A stretch of DNA of 64,000 nt. Source: Barthelona sp. PCE (lineage: Eukaryota). Position 1 is the first letter of the stretch, and each line of letters opens with the position of its first letter. The position numbers were made by a program, and so were the translations under genes. The notes beneath the pieces were generated by a model. That model worked only from the letters and a program-made list of their open reading frames with translations. It made no database searches and was not told where the DNA came from. The stretch covers positions 1,240,001 to 1,304,000 of the forward strand of contig JAUFOR010000001.1 in the NCBI GenBank assembly GCA_040285745.1, given 5' to 3'. Below, piece by piece: positions 1 to 9,500 of this stretch.

Positions 1-2
1 AG

Positions 3-1529
3 AAGGTTCTTTTAGAGTTTGAACAAGCTGCTTCCTCTGTTGATCGTACATTTGCAAACATTGCAATCAATTGTATTGGTAAAGTCGCTTTACAGGATGA
101 ACTCTTTTGTGATTTTGCTGTTAATTTATTACTCAATTTAGTACGTGATAATCAAAGTGTTTTTACTGCTATTCTTCGTAATTGTACACTTATCTTGCGA
201 CGCTATCCCGGTAAGTATGATGCCCTTATTGGTGCTTTGTTTGAAAGTGCTTTTGACGTTGAGTGGGATACAGAGTGTAAGACACTCATTGCATGGATTG
301 CTGGAGAATATGGTGGTCTTATAACTGAAATTGATGAGATTCTTGAGTTCCTTACTGATGGGTTTGATCTTGATTCGCCTACTTTACAATTAGAAATTTT
401 AACAGCTGTCGTTAAGAACTTTTTGAGATTCCCTCATTTACAACCTTTATGTCAAGACATTATCACTCGCTCTACCAATCAAATTGATCTGAACCTCCGT
501 GACAAGGCTTTCTTTTACTGGCGTCTTATTGCTGAATCAACAGAAATTGCTAAAAAAGTTGTTTTGGCCTATAAACCTATCATCAAGGTCTCTGATGCAC
601 ATGTTGCACCACTTATCTCCAGACTTGGTTGTGTTTCAACCGTTACAGAGAGCATCCGCGTTGCTCAGAGTATTAAACTTGAGGAGAAGGTTTGTATTGT
701 TAGAGAACCACGTGTTGTTTATGAAGAACGTGGCGCTACAATCAGCGCCATCATCTCTCGTGAAGAGCGCACTGTTACGATCGAGCTTACACTCAATGGT
801 CTTCCTATCGTTCAACTGAACAGCTGTAAGCTCAACAGCAACCCCTTTGGTCTTCAAATTGACAAGGTTGAGTTGGGTAAAACAACGGTTGTTACACTGG
901 TTGGTGGTGGAGATCGTAAGTTCCACGAAGATCCTCGTATGAACGGTAACCTTCAAATGGCACTTGTGTTTGAAAAAGGCAATGTTTTCTTTACTGTTCC
1001 TGTATGGTTATTTGATGTTTTCTGGGAAGAAAAAATCACACAATCAGAATTTGCTGGCCGTTGGAGTTCATTAGGTGTTGAGAAAACCGTATTCCTGTCT
1101 GGCATTGATAAGTCATTTGTTAAAAAGTTGCAGTCCAATAGTTTCTACAAAATTTTTGCCCGTGATGATCTTGCTTGGTTTTATGGTGGTGTCAGCGATG
1201 AACTGAGCGTTGCAGCTGAGTTCCAATTCAAGGGGCAGATGGCAAGAGTAGTGGTTAAGTGCCAGAATGCTATCATGCTCACCCATTTCTTGAATCACCT
1301 CTGTTTACTTACTAATTGTCGTCCCATATCAGAAACAGTTTTCCATAGCGACGAACCAGAATCTCCCAAACCAGTTGCTGCACCTAGACCATCTGCCACA
1401 CCTGTTAGCCCTGTTGTTAGCTCACCTGTTGTTAAAAATGTTGCTCCTGTGATTTACCCCACTGCTGAACCTGCTGCAACATCACAGAAGAAGAAGTCTA
1501 GTCCAATGGATCTTCTTGATATGTTGTAA
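3..1529 (+). CDS. Beta-adaptin (AP-1/AP-2 beta subunit family), 5'-truncated by the window edge
   Basis: The frame is open from position 3 (KVLLEFEQAASSVDRTFANIAINCIGKVAL resembles [28 protein letters not shown]). Trunk motifs WIAGEYG, QLEILTAVVKNFL and LRDKAFFYWRLI are present, followed by an appendage-like region (NSNPFGL, QSEFAGRWSSL). Confidence 0.88.
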   Translation, partial: KVLLEFEQAASSVDRTFANIAINCIGKVALQDELFCDFAVNLLLNLVRDNQSVFTAILRNCTLILRRYPGKYDALIGALFESAFDVEWDTECKTLIAWIAGEYGGLITEIDEILEFLTDGFDLDSPTLQLEILTAVVKNFLRFPHLQPLCQDIITRSTNQIDLNLRDKAFFYWRLIAESTEIAKKVVLAYKPIIKVSDAHVAPLISRLGCVSTVTESIRVAQSIKLEEKVCIVREPRVVYEERGATISAIISREERTVTIELTLNGLPIVQLNSCKLNSNPFGLQIDKVELGKTTVVTLVGGGDRKFHEDPRMNGNLQMALVFEKGNVFFTVPVWLFDVFWEEKITQSEFAGRWSSLGVEKTVFLSGIDKSFVKKLQSNSFYKIFARDDLAWFYGGVSDELSVAAEFQFKGQMARVVVKCQNAIMLTHFLNHLCLLTNCRPISETVFHSDEPESPKPVAAPRPSATPVSPVVSSPVVKNVAPVIYPTAEPAATSQKKKSSPMDLLDML

Positions 1530-1592
1530 GTAGTTAATAAACTGTTGTTTTTATTGGTTTCTTGTTATTGTACACTCTTTCATAACTACTAT

Positions 1593-3398
1593 TTAACGTT
1601 GATTAGGGGTTTTGAGGTACTTCTCAGCATCTTTAGAAGGTGAACCACCTCCTTTAGGTGTCTCTGGTTCTGGAACTTCTTCAACTGAAGGTTCTTCAAG
1701 TTTTTCCTCTTCACTAGGGAGGGTCTGTAATAATGTCATTGCAAGTTCCATCGAAGAAGGAGCAAAAACATTGCAACAATGTGCTACTATACCATTAATA
1801 GCAAAAAGAAGTGAAGGTAAATTAATTTCTTGTTTCATGAATTTCATTAATGTCATATCAATATAAGCAATTTTTTCTTGTTCAACAGGATCAAATTCAT
1901 CAGCTTTCGGATCGGTATTCAACTGTAAAAGCATTGTTAACATGTATCTGATCTTGACAATTGTTTCAGCGTCCATCATGTTACTCTCACTTTCAGCAAG
2001 AAGACTCTTAATGAATGACATAATTGTATAATTTAGCTGTAAAACATTGTTAATATCAGCATCAGAAAATTCCTTATCCTTTTTATCCTCACCTTCTACG
2101 CTTTCTTCTTTCTTCGGTTCTTTCTCCTCTTCCTCTGATAATTTCTTCTGTTGAGTAATGTACTTCTCGTATTTAGCAATTTGTTGGTTTTGAAGGTCAA
2201 GTTGTTGTTTCTGAGTATCAATTGCCTGTTGCATCAAGTTTAACTGTGAATCTTGTGCACCTAACAATTCTTGTTGCTGTGTAAGCTGATGCTGAAGTCC
2301 AACAACATCTTCAATTGAGAGTTTTACGTAATCCTTTCCTTCTTCTCCCTCTTCTTCTTCAGTTACTTCAGCAGCTTCGGAGGTTGACTCATCAGTCTCG
2401 GTTTCAGGCTCAGTCTCGGTTTCAGGCTCGGGTGTAGGTTCAGCTTGGGCCATTTTATCAAGTTTAGCTTGATCATGACGTAGTTGTTCACGTGAACCCA
2501 TCTCAAAACCTGTTCTAAAAGTATTAAAAGAAAGTTGATTAGAAGCGTAAAGAATATCAAGATACGTATCATCAACATTTGCCAGTAATTCAAGGAAACT
2601 AATTAAAAATTGAACTCGTTTAGGATTGATAGATTCTCCATCAAAATGCAAAAATGAAGAAATTAATGAAGAAAGATTAGTTTCAAGTTGCTCAGTGAAA
2701 TCAACAGTCTCCTTGACTTCTTCCTCATTCTCTTCAGCTTGTTCTGAAGCATCTTCTTCATCTTCAACACTAGGGAATTTTGAATCAAAGTGTTCGGTGT
2801 CAACTGTGGTATCAGTTTGATTACCGTCATCAACAAATTCTGCCTGGACAAAGGCAGATTTGTTCTGGAGACGACTAGCTTCAGGTGATGCACAAAAATT
2901 TGCTGCAGGATTGCTTTCTTCACTTTCTTCTAAAAATTCGGGATGTTTAGCAAAGAATTCAGCAATAAAGAGCTTGGCTTCATCCTCAGGAAGAGAAGCA
3001 GCATAAGCAATGATTGATTCAGCATCAACCATTCCCATAGGAAAAGATTCTTCATCAGTTTCACCTGATTCTTCAATTTCTCCTTCTGATTCAGCCTCGG
3101 ACTCTGATGGGAGCTCCTCGAACTTCTTCTTCAGTGATTCACTGGCTTTGTACAACTCTTTGAGATCTTCTTGTTCACTCATAAGAGTGTTCAACTGTTT
3201 CAACACTTCAGTACGTTCGGGAGACTCATTTGCGACCTGGGGAGCGGCAGCTACGGGCTCAGACTCTTCTTCTAACATAGATGAAGGGGCTTTCTTCTTG
3301 GGAGTAATAATGTGCCTAGTTTCGCTTACAATATCTTCCAGACGGTTGAGTTTGGCCTTTAAGCTCTCCAATTCGGCAAATTGTTCAGTTAAACTCAT
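1593..3398 (-). CDS. Acidic coiled-coil protein, 601 aa; possible PCM1 C-terminal-domain-like protein
   Basis: Long ATG-initiated ORF, E/S-rich, with Q-rich coiled coils and an 18-bp tandem repeat (EPETET). Weak resemblance of RVQFLISFLELLANVDDTYL and KIRYMLTMLLQLNTD...DMTLMKF to PCM1_C. The CDS is confident; the product is tentative. Confidence 0.6.
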   Translation of the reverse strand: MSLTEQFAELESLKAKLNRLEDIVSETRHIITPKKKAPSSMLEEESEPVAAAPQVANESPERTEVLKQLNTLMSEQEDLKELYKASESLKKKFEELPSESEAESEGEIEESGETDEESFPMGMVDAESIIAYAASLPEDEAKLFIAEFFAKHPEFLEESEESNPAANFCASPEASRLQNKSAFVQAEFVDDGNQTDTTVDTEHFDSKFPSVEDEEDASEQAEENEEEVKETVDFTEQLETNLSSLISSFLHFDGESINPKRVQFLISFLELLANVDDTYLDILYASNQLSFNTFRTGFEMGSREQLRHDQAKLDKMAQAEPTPEPETETEPETETDESTSEAAEVTEEEEGEEGKDYVKLSIEDVVGLQHQLTQQQELLGAQDSQLNLMQQAIDTQKQQLDLQNQQIAKYEKYITQQKKLSEEEEKEPKKEESVEGEDKKDKEFSDADINNVLQLNYTIMSFIKSLLAESESNMMDAETIVKIRYMLTMLLQLNTDPKADEFDPVEQEKIAYIDMTLMKFMKQEINLPSLLFAINGIVAHCCNVFAPSSMELAMTLLQTLPSEEEKLEEPSVEEVPEPETPKGGGSPSKDAEKYLKTPNQR

Positions 3399-3577
3399 TT
3401 GAATGCAATGAAATGGTGAATGTTACTGAGTACAGTTTTTTTGTTTCATGTTGAAGAGTTTTCACTTAGGGTCTCCACCCAACCCTTTACTGACTTTATA
3501 TACAGGATGTGTTTCGATGCTAAAACGCTTTTCTTACTTTTTTCACTATTCTGCAATAGTTTGAATCATTTTGAATC

Positions 3578-4579
3578 ATGATCGCTGCTGTTAAGGAGAG
3601 CAGTGAATTCATTAGGGCAAATTCTGAGCATGTATCTATTAACGAAGAGGCAGTTCACAAAATCGCATCAGAAATCGAATTTGCATACAAAAATGGGGAT
3701 GTTTCTCTTGGGGCGTGGCACGACTGTCCATTTCATCCACAGCAGAGCGATAATATTCTTGATCATGTTTTTGTAATTGATGCTCTTAACTTTTGCTTTT
3801 GGAATGAGGATATTACACCTTATCAAGTATTATACCGCGGCAAGGTACACCACGGCTACATCGCAGCAGTTGCAGCATTAGACAGAGCACTGTGCGAGAA
3901 TATTCCAATCACAACACCATCATTTTATGCAGATATATCTGTTTCGTTGATGAGATCTGTCTTCAGACCGTTTAATAGAGATGGACTCCCGCCCAAGATC
4001 CCTCTTCTTATGGACAGAGTGGCTAATTTAACACAGGTAGGTAAAGTATTAGTTGATGTTTTTGGAGGTAGTTTTGAAAATGTAGTACGAGCAGCAGGTA
4101 ATAGTGCAAGTACACTTGTTGATCTTATATACAAACACTTTGAATGTTTTAGAGATGAGTGCGAATACAAAGGTAGAAAAGTATTCTTCTTAAAGAGAGC
4201 ACAAATATTAGCAGCTGATGTTTGGGGAGCTTTACAAAACAGTGACATTGGTGAGTTTCATGATATTAATGAACTTACTGCTTTTGCTGATTATAGAATA
4301 CCTCAACATCTAAAATCATTAGGTGTGTTAGAATATGATGAAGAATTAACAGCAAAACTAGAAAGTCAACAGCTTATTGAACCTGGTGATCCAATGGAAT
4401 GTGAGATTCGTGGTTGTACTATTGCTGCTATTGAACAAATTCGAAATGCTATTAGCAAAGATATTCAATCAGAAGTTAATTCCGTTTTAATTGATTTCTA
4501 TCTTTGGGATAAGGCAAAACTAACTGCACCTGAATCAGTTAATCATATTACACATCGCACACAGACTATGTTCTACTAA
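3578..4579 (+). CDS. QNG1: Queuosine 5'-phosphate N-glycosylase / queuosine salvage protein (C9orf64/DUF2419 family)
   Basis: Motifs DALNFCFW, FRDE..YKGRKVFFLKRAQILAADVW, LTAFADYRIPQ, ECEIRGCTI, DFYLW and the terminal HRTQTMFY. Confidence 0.95.
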   Translation: MIAAVKESSEFIRANSEHVSINEEAVHKIASEIEFAYKNGDVSLGAWHDCPFHPQQSDNILDHVFVIDALNFCFWNEDITPYQVLYRGKVHHGYIAAVAALDRALCENIPITTPSFYADISVSLMRSVFRPFNRDGLPPKIPLLMDRVANLTQVGKVLVDVFGGSFENVVRAAGNSASTLVDLIYKHFECFRDECEYKGRKVFFLKRAQILAADVWGALQNSDIGEFHDINELTAFADYRIPQHLKSLGVLEYDEELTAKLESQQLIEPGDPMECEIRGCTIAAIEQIRNAISKDIQSEVNSVLIDFYLWDKAKLTAPESVNHITHRTQTMFY

Positions 4580-4606
4580 TCAGTTAAATTGATGAATAAA
4601 TTGAAG

Positions 4607-5926
4607 TTATGATCCTGGAGTACACAACCAAGCATTTGTATCTGATAAAGAAGTTCCATCACGAATGTAACTTGCACCAGCAGCAATAACATCAGTTGAT
4701 TGGACAATGATTGCAAACTGTTCTGGTGAACTAGGTGATGCAACCATCGCATCAATTGAGCATTGTTGAGTTTTAAAATTTCGATCATCAACAGAAACAT
4801 TGATTTTCTTCTTTAATTTAATCTCAATCTCATCACCAGCATCAAAAGACATGATAAAAAGTGCATCACGAAGTGCAACTAATATATTTGGCTCATCAGC
4901 ACAACAAACGCATATAGATCTAATTGTTTCAAAATCATTGAACTGGAACTCGCCAGTAATAAATTCATCGTCGTCAACAATAAGCGCTGTTACTAATAAA
5001 ACACCTGAAGCAGTTCCAGCTGCACAAACCAGAAAATCTTCGCCTTCAAAAACATTCATGGTGGTTACAAAAGATGGAGCATCCATCATCTTTACGTATT
5101 CGTTCTCTTTAATGTATCCAATGCTATTGTATGTCGCAACAAAGAGAGTTTCATTAAAAAATTCACAAAAAACATAACAATGATCTGAAAGTGTACTTGC
5201 TATTGTAGGTTCATCCTCAAAAGTAACGATATTAAGTGATCCATCAGTGAATGCAAGTGTGCCGTCACCAATACTAATAGATGTAATGGGTTGAGAAGTT
5301 GCGCTTTTAATAATCTCTTCAGGATTTTCTGAATCGTCTATTTTGCATAATGAACCATCAACGTAACCAGCACAGAGCCCAAAGTCTTCGTTTAATGCTA
5401 CACAAACTGGTGGTTTGTCATCATGAACAGTATTCATTTCAGTAACTTCCTTATCGTGTGCTGTATAAAGATAAAACACTGCCTCTTCATCAAAGATGCC
5501 CAGTGCACCTTGATTTTGCATCGAATATGATAATATTGAACCAAATTCATTTTCCACCTCAAAAGTTGTTCTTGATTGTTGTCTTCCACTGTTTGACCTT
5601 GATTCTTGCTTGCCCCTGTTACCAAATTTGGATGTTGACTGTTTGTTGTTGGCGAACTTAGACTGATTCTTATTTTTGTTACCAAATTTTGAGTTCGATG
5701 TACTCTGCTTATTCTTACCAAATTTGCTTGATGATTTCTGCGTGTTCTTCTTACCTTTGAAGGTTTTTGAGTTGTTTGATAAACCTTTTCCTCCGCCAAA
5801 TCCTTTTTTTGTGGATGATTTACCTTTACCCGATGTACTACTACCAAACTTGCTCTTTTTGGTTGTTCCAGTAGACTTCCCCTTACGTCCAAACCCGGAC
5901 TTTCCTTTCTTTGCGCCAAACGCCAT
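4607..5926 (-). CDS. Hypothetical protein: basic K/G/S low-complexity N-terminus plus acidic beta-propeller-like C-terminal domain
   Basis: 439-aa ORF. The first ~115 aa are repeats of an SKFG-like motif. The rest has WD40-like beta motifs (LCAGYVDGSL, ITSISIGDG, CAAGTASGVL). Confidence 0.7.
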   Translation of the reverse strand: MAFGAKKGKSGFGRKGKSTGTTKKSKFGSSTSGKGKSSTKKGFGGGKGLSNNSKTFKGKKNTQKSSSKFGKNKQSTSNSKFGNKNKNQSKFANNKQSTSKFGNRGKQESRSNSGRQQSRTTFEVENEFGSILSYSMQNQGALGIFDEEAVFYLYTAHDKEVTEMNTVHDDKPPVCVALNEDFGLCAGYVDGSLCKIDDSENPEEIIKSATSQPITSISIGDGTLAFTDGSLNIVTFEDEPTIASTLSDHCYVFCEFFNETLFVATYNSIGYIKENEYVKMMDAPSFVTTMNVFEGEDFLVCAAGTASGVLLVTALIVDDDEFITGEFQFNDFETIRSICVCCADEPNILVALRDALFIMSFDAGDEIEIKLKKKINVSVDDRNFKTQQCSIDAMVASPSSPEQFAIIVQSTDVIAAGASYIRDGTSLSDTNAWLCTPGS

Positions 5927-6091
5927 ATTAGAAAAGGAGTAACTTCAAAGAAACAAATTTTTGAAAAATATTATTGATATGTGGTGACATATAGGTGCTT
6001 GAGTGGGGTGCAAGGTATATCTATTGTCATAAACCTTCAGCAAAAGTGTTTTCCATCTATTCTCCTCTTTGTTTCATTTTTCTTTTTGCAT

Positions 6092-6517
6092 ATGGGCGTA
6101 CAGAACTTATTTATTGTGAGCAGTTCGGGAGGTCTGATGTATACCCAGGAGTTTGAGGAAATTGAGAACAAACCTGATGAATCTCTTTTCTTTTCGTTAA
6201 TTTCGAGTTTTTACACCTTGCAAATCATGAGCAGTAGTCTTAGTCCGCTGGGGGCAGCATCTAGATCCAATGGAATCGAGATAATAACATGTCAGGATTG
6301 TCGGTTGTTGTGTTTTACATCAATTACAAACGTTGTATTCTTTTGTTTTGTTGACAATGAGACATCGAACGAAGAGGGAAAAACCTTTTTACATGAAGTA
6401 TATAGACTTTATAGTGATTTTGTATTAAAAAATCCCTTTTGTCGATCTAATAGAAAAATTGATTTTGCTTTATTTAAAAAACATGTAACTGGTGCAGCTG
6501 AGCAGTATAAAACTTGA
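6092..6517 (+). CDS. TRAPPC4: TRAPP complex subunit 4 (Trs23/synbindin family longin)
   Basis: Start re-set to the ATG at 6092 (MGVQNLFIVSSSGGLMY). Motifs SSLSP, GIEII and YRLYSDFVLKNPF are typical of Trs23. Confidence 0.85.
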   Translation: MGVQNLFIVSSSGGLMYTQEFEEIENKPDESLFFSLISSFYTLQIMSSSLSPLGAASRSNGIEIITCQDCRLLCFTSITNVVFFCFVDNETSNEEGKTFLHEVYRLYSDFVLKNPFCRSNRKIDFALFKKHVTGAAEQYKT

Positions 6518-6528
6518 GTTGAACTTAA

Positions 6529-9500
6529 TCATAACTCATAGTCAGATTCTTCTTCATCATAGACATCTTCTTCAGGTTCAGACAAGAAACCATAGTCAGT
6601 AAATGTCTTACGGGTGTTGCGGCGAGGTTTGTCTTCAGTGATTGGAGTTTCTTGATAGACACTAACATCAGTGACTGGAGTTTCTTGAAAATCGACGCTG
6701 ACTTCAGACATGGGCGTCTCAGGCTCTTCCTTTTTAGGAGTCAAGAAATCAAAAACATTATCATCGTAGCCCATCTTCTTTCTTCCACGTTTGTTACGTA
6801 ATTTCGGTGGCTCCTTGATTGGAGTGACATCGTCAATGTATTCTTCTTCTTCTTCTTCTTCAACCCTTTGCACCTTTTTAGTCTTAGATGATACTTTTCT
6901 CTTGCGCCCCTTGGGTGTGGGAGTAATTTCATTGATTGGAGTGACATCGTCAATGTATTCTTCTTCTTCTTCTTCTTCAACCCTTTGCACCTTTTTAGTC
7001 TTAGATGATACTTTTCTCTTGCGCCCCTTGGGTGTGGGAGTAATTTCATTCATATTGAATGAAAAATCTGAATCAATTAAGTAGTCGTCCAGTTTAACCT
7101 TAGGCTTCTTAGACTTCTTAGACTTCTTAGGCTTCTCAGAAGTGGGGGTTGGTGGCTCGGATAGAACATCTTCAACATCGGAATCAACAACAAATTTGCT
7201 CTTTGAGACATAATGATTAATATCACTTTCAGCTCGATTTGTTAACTTTGAATTCGATACCCTTGTAATAGCAGTCTTAGTTGCCTTGATCTTCTTGGTA
7301 CCATCAATGTTGCGGAAATTAGTAATACCACCTGGATATGAACATTCCGGACGAGATGGAGGTTCTGTAACAACTTCACTGTTCTCATATTCCCAAGCAG
7401 CATAAGCTTCAATAAATGCATTAATCTCTCCACGCCACATCTCCTTGGCCTTGGTATTGAGTAAATCAACAAGCTCTGCGCGCATATCCTCCATTTGTTT
7501 AGTCAGCTCATCCAACTTCTCTTCTGTAAGGTTGAGGATGTTGAGCTTCAAGAGATAATCAAATGCAGTACGAACGTGACTGTTACGCTTAACACTCCAC
7601 TTCTTACCACGGAACATCTTGGGATCAATCTCAGTAATTACTTTATCCTTTTCATCATAGCACGGGAATTTTTCATCAATAAGATCAATACAAATATCTT
7701 GTTTCTTACGTTTGGCTACTATTAACTCATCATCAATGATCATGGATATGAAACGATGTTTAGCTTCTACTAAAACTAAATCTTTTTGGAGCTTATCAAT
7801 GAGATAAGAACGTCGTTCTTCGTATTTTTGAAGACGTTCTTCATAATATTCTGAAATGATTTCTTCAGGAGTGTTGTACAACTGAATAGTGTTGTTAGAG
7901 TTCCACAAAACCATATTACTAACAGCGATATTGTTCGTGAGACCAAAACATTTCTCAAGACCACCATCAGTAGCCTCCGCCAGCGCCATAGATTCCTTCT
8001 TCATGGTGATAGTGTAATCCACAGTGTTATCAGTGTGATTCTCGATGATATCTTCAATGATAACAGATGCCTCGCCCTGCTCATCCTTCTTCTTCTTCTT
8101 CTTCTTAGCCTCAGCGGAAGCTTCTTTCTCCATCATATTTTCCAACGTTTCCTTAAACTTCTCATTCCAGAGACCAACAGGCAACTCTGTAACAGAAATC
8201 TTGGTCGGTGCAATCTTTTCAACAATACCATGTGAACGCCAAGATCCCTCCTTGATCTTTTTGGAGCGCTTCAATTGACGATAAATAAGCTGACACTCCG
8301 TCTTGATACCACGATACCATGGTTTCATAGGTTTCTGCTCTTCACCATCCATTAACATGAAAATGTTTTCAGCAAGTTGCGCTGGGTGATAGGCTGGAAT
8401 GTTAGTTGACCAACCTGTACCAATACCAGTCTGACCATTGAGCAGAACAGTGGGAATAACAGGATAATAGCATTCAGGTTCAACATCCTGGTTGTCCTCC
8501 TTCAAATATTTGAGCAAAGGATCATCACCAGCTGGGAATAGTAGACGTGTGAGCTCACCAAGGCGTGTAAAGATATAACGAGGTGCAGGGTTAGCCTTTG
8601 TACCCTGATGACGTGTACCGAATTGACCTGATGGAATAAGATAAGGGTAGTTGTTACTTCCTGGGAAATCTTGGGCCATACCGATAATAGTGTTTGAAAC
8701 ACTTGCTTCACCATGTTGATAAGCACTGTCCGCAGATATGAGACCTGCGAGTTGTGCAACCTTGTAATCCTTGACGACGTTACGTTTGAACATCGTCCAG
8801 AGAATCTTACGTTGAACCTGTTTTAGACCATCCATTGCGTTGGGAAGTGAACGTTCGTTGTCTGCACGTGAGAATAAAATTAGCTCATGATCAACGAACT
8901 CCTGAACTGAAATGTTGTCGTTGTTATGATCAATAAAGAGAGAAGGATCGTGGTTTAACAACCAGTGCTTACGATCGTCAGTCTTTTTCGGGTTAAACGC
9001 CAAATCTAGACGCTGAGAGGCAAGCACCTTCTCGTATACAAAATCCTTAACGTGAAGGTTGGTGTTGTTGAAGTATTCCTTTGCTTCTTTCGCGGTTGAT
9101 GTGGCGAGACCTTTGTAATACTTAACATCCCACTTATCAGCATCTTCAATATCCTCAATCCACTCTTCGAACTCGTGAACTGTAAAGAAAGAGATGACTT
9201 CGTTGCGTTTACGACATCTGACAATGGGGGTGACGAACTCTTGAAGAAATCCCTTACTCTCAAGTAAACGTGGCCAAAAAACATCAAGCCAATTAATTAA
9301 TAGGCCTTTGATATGAGAACCATCATAATCCTGATCAGTCATGATCATTATTCGACCATAACGAAGTGTACCAGGGCTTGTAGTATTATGCTTAAGACCA
9401 AGAATAACCTTCAAATTATTGAGTTCAACGTTATCACTGATCTTCTTAGCAGATGCTTCACGGACATTCATGAGTTTACCCTTCAGTGGAAACACACCAT

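Noticed and set aside
9475-9495. PLKGK (rather than PLRGK) in TOP2 as a sign of bacterial or viral origin
   Set aside because: The gene has the single-chain eukaryotic architecture with a charged C-terminal domain and sits among nuclear housekeeping genes. A single K/R change is not diagnostic.
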